From positions 5,146,001-5,210,000 of the forward strand of contig OZ210885.1 in assembly GCA_964658305.1 (NCBI GenBank): DNA of 64,000 nucleotides. The letters run 5' to 3'. The notes beneath the pieces are model-generated. The model was not told the origin of the DNA, ran no database searches, and worked only from the letters and a program-made list of their open reading frames with translations. Shown here piece after piece: positions 62,201-64,000 of the stretch; positions within the stretch are counted from its first letter, which is position 1, and every line of letters begins with the position of its first letter. Source of the DNA: Leptogorgia sarmentosa. Lineage: Eukaryota. The position numbers and the translations under genes were made by a program.

Positions 62201-64000
62201 GGGAGGATTGCCACTCGCTCTTGAGCAAGCAGGAGCTTATATTAAAGCACTTGGTTGCAGCTTAGCGAATTACCTCGAGCAATTTCAAACTGAACGCTTG
62301 GAACTGTTGAAGATTCAAAAAGCAAAACCAGCATCACTCAATGAATCACCTGAGCGCCTGGCCGTCCATACGACATGGTCCTTAAATATCAAACACATCA
62401 AAGAGAGCCAGCACGGTATGTCCGCCATCCGACTTATGAACGCTTATGCATTTCTTAATCCAAACGAGATTGAAGAAGAATTGGTCAATGTTGGTGAACG
62501 TCCAGTTGAAGACAAAACATTCCGTGATTGCGTGAGCTCACCTCTCGGTACTCGTCAAGTTGTTAAATTGCTGACTGATTTCTCACTCTTTACTTATGTC
62601 CATGCGCCCTCTGTCAGTACTCACCGCTTGGTACAAGAACTGATCAGGGAAAATCTTGAACCTAAGAAGAAAGCTGAGAGTGTTCTTGATGCAGTACGTT
62701 TGCTTTCTTTCGCATTTTCTAAATGCAAATCTCCAAAACATCTTCTCAGTAATGTTGGTATTGAGGAACGCTTGACAGCCTATGATTTACTTAAAAACCA
62801 TTCCCAATATTATTTGTGGTCTAAGCTTTGCTTTCATGGCTTTTATCTTCAAAAAAATATTGAAAGATTCCTAAGAAATCCGGATCCAAGATGTTTAGAT
62901 TCCCTTTTCGTTTTGGAAACTGCTAAAGTTGTGTATGAATGCGCTGTTCACTTAAGTGCCAATCAAAAACAACATGAGGCTAAACGCACATTGAATTTTT
63001 CTTACCGAGTACTAGATTGGATTCCTGTAGAGGAGTACGACACATTTCAAAAGTTTCTTTCTAATAACTCTCTGCTTCCTCCGGGTGTTATTCCATTACC
63101 TAAATGGCTTCAGATTGTTATAACAAAATGTTGTGTGCCTTATATGAACTCCCTTGAACCTCTTTATGACACACCCAAGGTTATTCCTGATATTTCCGAA
63201 ATAGAACAGGAAATTGAAAAGCTCAGATTAGATGGGAATACTAAATTTAGAGATGGTCTGTATAAGGAAGCAGTTGCTTCATATTCTGCTGCAATAGATA
63301 TGAGTAGAGGTACAACTGCCTTCAACGCTTTATTGCTTACTAACCGTGCTTCAGCATACATCAAGCTCAAACAGTATGATGACGCTTTGAAAGATGCAAA
63401 TGAGTATATATCACGGTTGCCTGATTGTTGGAAGGGCTATGCTAGAAAGGCTTTGGCACTTGATGAGAAAGTCAGTGCTGAAATAGCGGCAGCACTAGCT
63501 TGTTATTATTTCAACCAAAAAGATGGTACATGTATTTTTTCAGAATACAAGCCATTCGAAGCGGCCTTTCCAGGCTTAAAGGAGCGTATTTTCTTGTGTC
63601 ATACTGTAGATCAGCTTATGTCAGCACTGTTCTCATTCAACACAGAAGATTGTCTGCGGGTTATAGTTCTTGGATCTCCAGAGTATGTTATAAAGGTCCC
63701 GCTCCTGCCCTTGAAGAACTGCATTATGGTTGGTACGAAACATGATGCCTCTGTTGCCCTGAAACGCGATGATTTAGGTGTCTGGCCGCTAGTCGGAAAA
63801 TGCATGCTTGCAAATCTTTCCTTTGTCATTAATGGTCAAGTAGCAGCTTGTCCTGATTCTTTCATTAAGTTCCTTAATTGCAATTTTACATCTCATCATG
63901 GTAGTTGGGCTGCAGTTTCATGTAACGGTGCGCTTAATGCAGAACGATGTAATTTCACTAACTCCAAAGCGGGTGGACTGGTTTGTGATGGACCTGGTAA
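59280..64000 (+). CDS. STAND/NLR-like protein: HEPN-like N-terminus, coiled coil, NB-ARC ATPase, TPR, probable right-handed beta-helix (3' incomplete)
   Basis: Phase-consistent exons 59280-59886, 60765-60880 and 61392->64000. RNKWAH at 59733-59750; FSGRTREL; Walker A GLGGVGKT at 61704-61727; Walker B LIVLDCLD; sensor MTR; GLPLAL at 62205-62222; THRLVQ at 62619; TPRs (GNTKFRDGLYKEAVASYSAAI, LLTNRASAYIKLKQYDDALKDA, WKGYARKALAL); C-terminal FLNCNFT / AERCNFTNS...GLVC pattern. The long exon is absent from the ORF track, consistent with it being open to the window end. Confidence 0.88.
59924..60102. mobile_element. Short Harbinger-like MITE in intron 1 of the NLR-like gene
   Basis: GGGCGCTTTCCATTTAC ... 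GTAAATGGGAAGCGCCC. Confidence 0.6.
60371..60492. repeat. Intronic hairpin with ~32-bp arms
   Basis: TTGCTCGCTACTCTGGTTTGTATAATTGAATA ... TATTCAATTATACAAACCAGTGTAGCGAGCAA. Confidence 0.75.

Overview
AT-rich, intron-containing animal genomic DNA. The repeat families and gene architectures suggest a marine invertebrate, probably a cnidarian; this is inference only. (1) 1-~46.9 kb is a tandem array of ~18.4-19.6 kb units, each carrying a minus-strand adhesion GPCR gene (signal peptide, ricin-B-like lectin exon, Thr/Ser mucin VNTR stalk, GAIN/GPS with HL|T, 7TM, tail). Two copies are complete and one shows only its 5' part. The lectin exon diverges much faster than the 7TM and tail, and the copies differ by many datable transposon insertions. 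(2) An intron of copy 2 holds a 2.4-kb fold-back element with Polinton/Maverick-type ends (AGTAG...CTACT, 6-bp TSD) nested in a Harbinger-type MITE; its two arms carry complementary pieces of a zinc-finger gene. (3) 49967-56892 is a young but disabled BEL/Pao LTR retrotransposon inserted in a 22-bp minisatellite. (4) From 59280 past the window end is a plus-strand STAND/NLR-like gene mostly missing from the ORF track, with architecture HEPN-like domain (RNKWAH), coiled coil, NB-ARC ATPase, TPR and probable beta-helix. It is a candidate nuclease-effector innate immune receptor. All gene models and alignments were made by eye, with no database searches.
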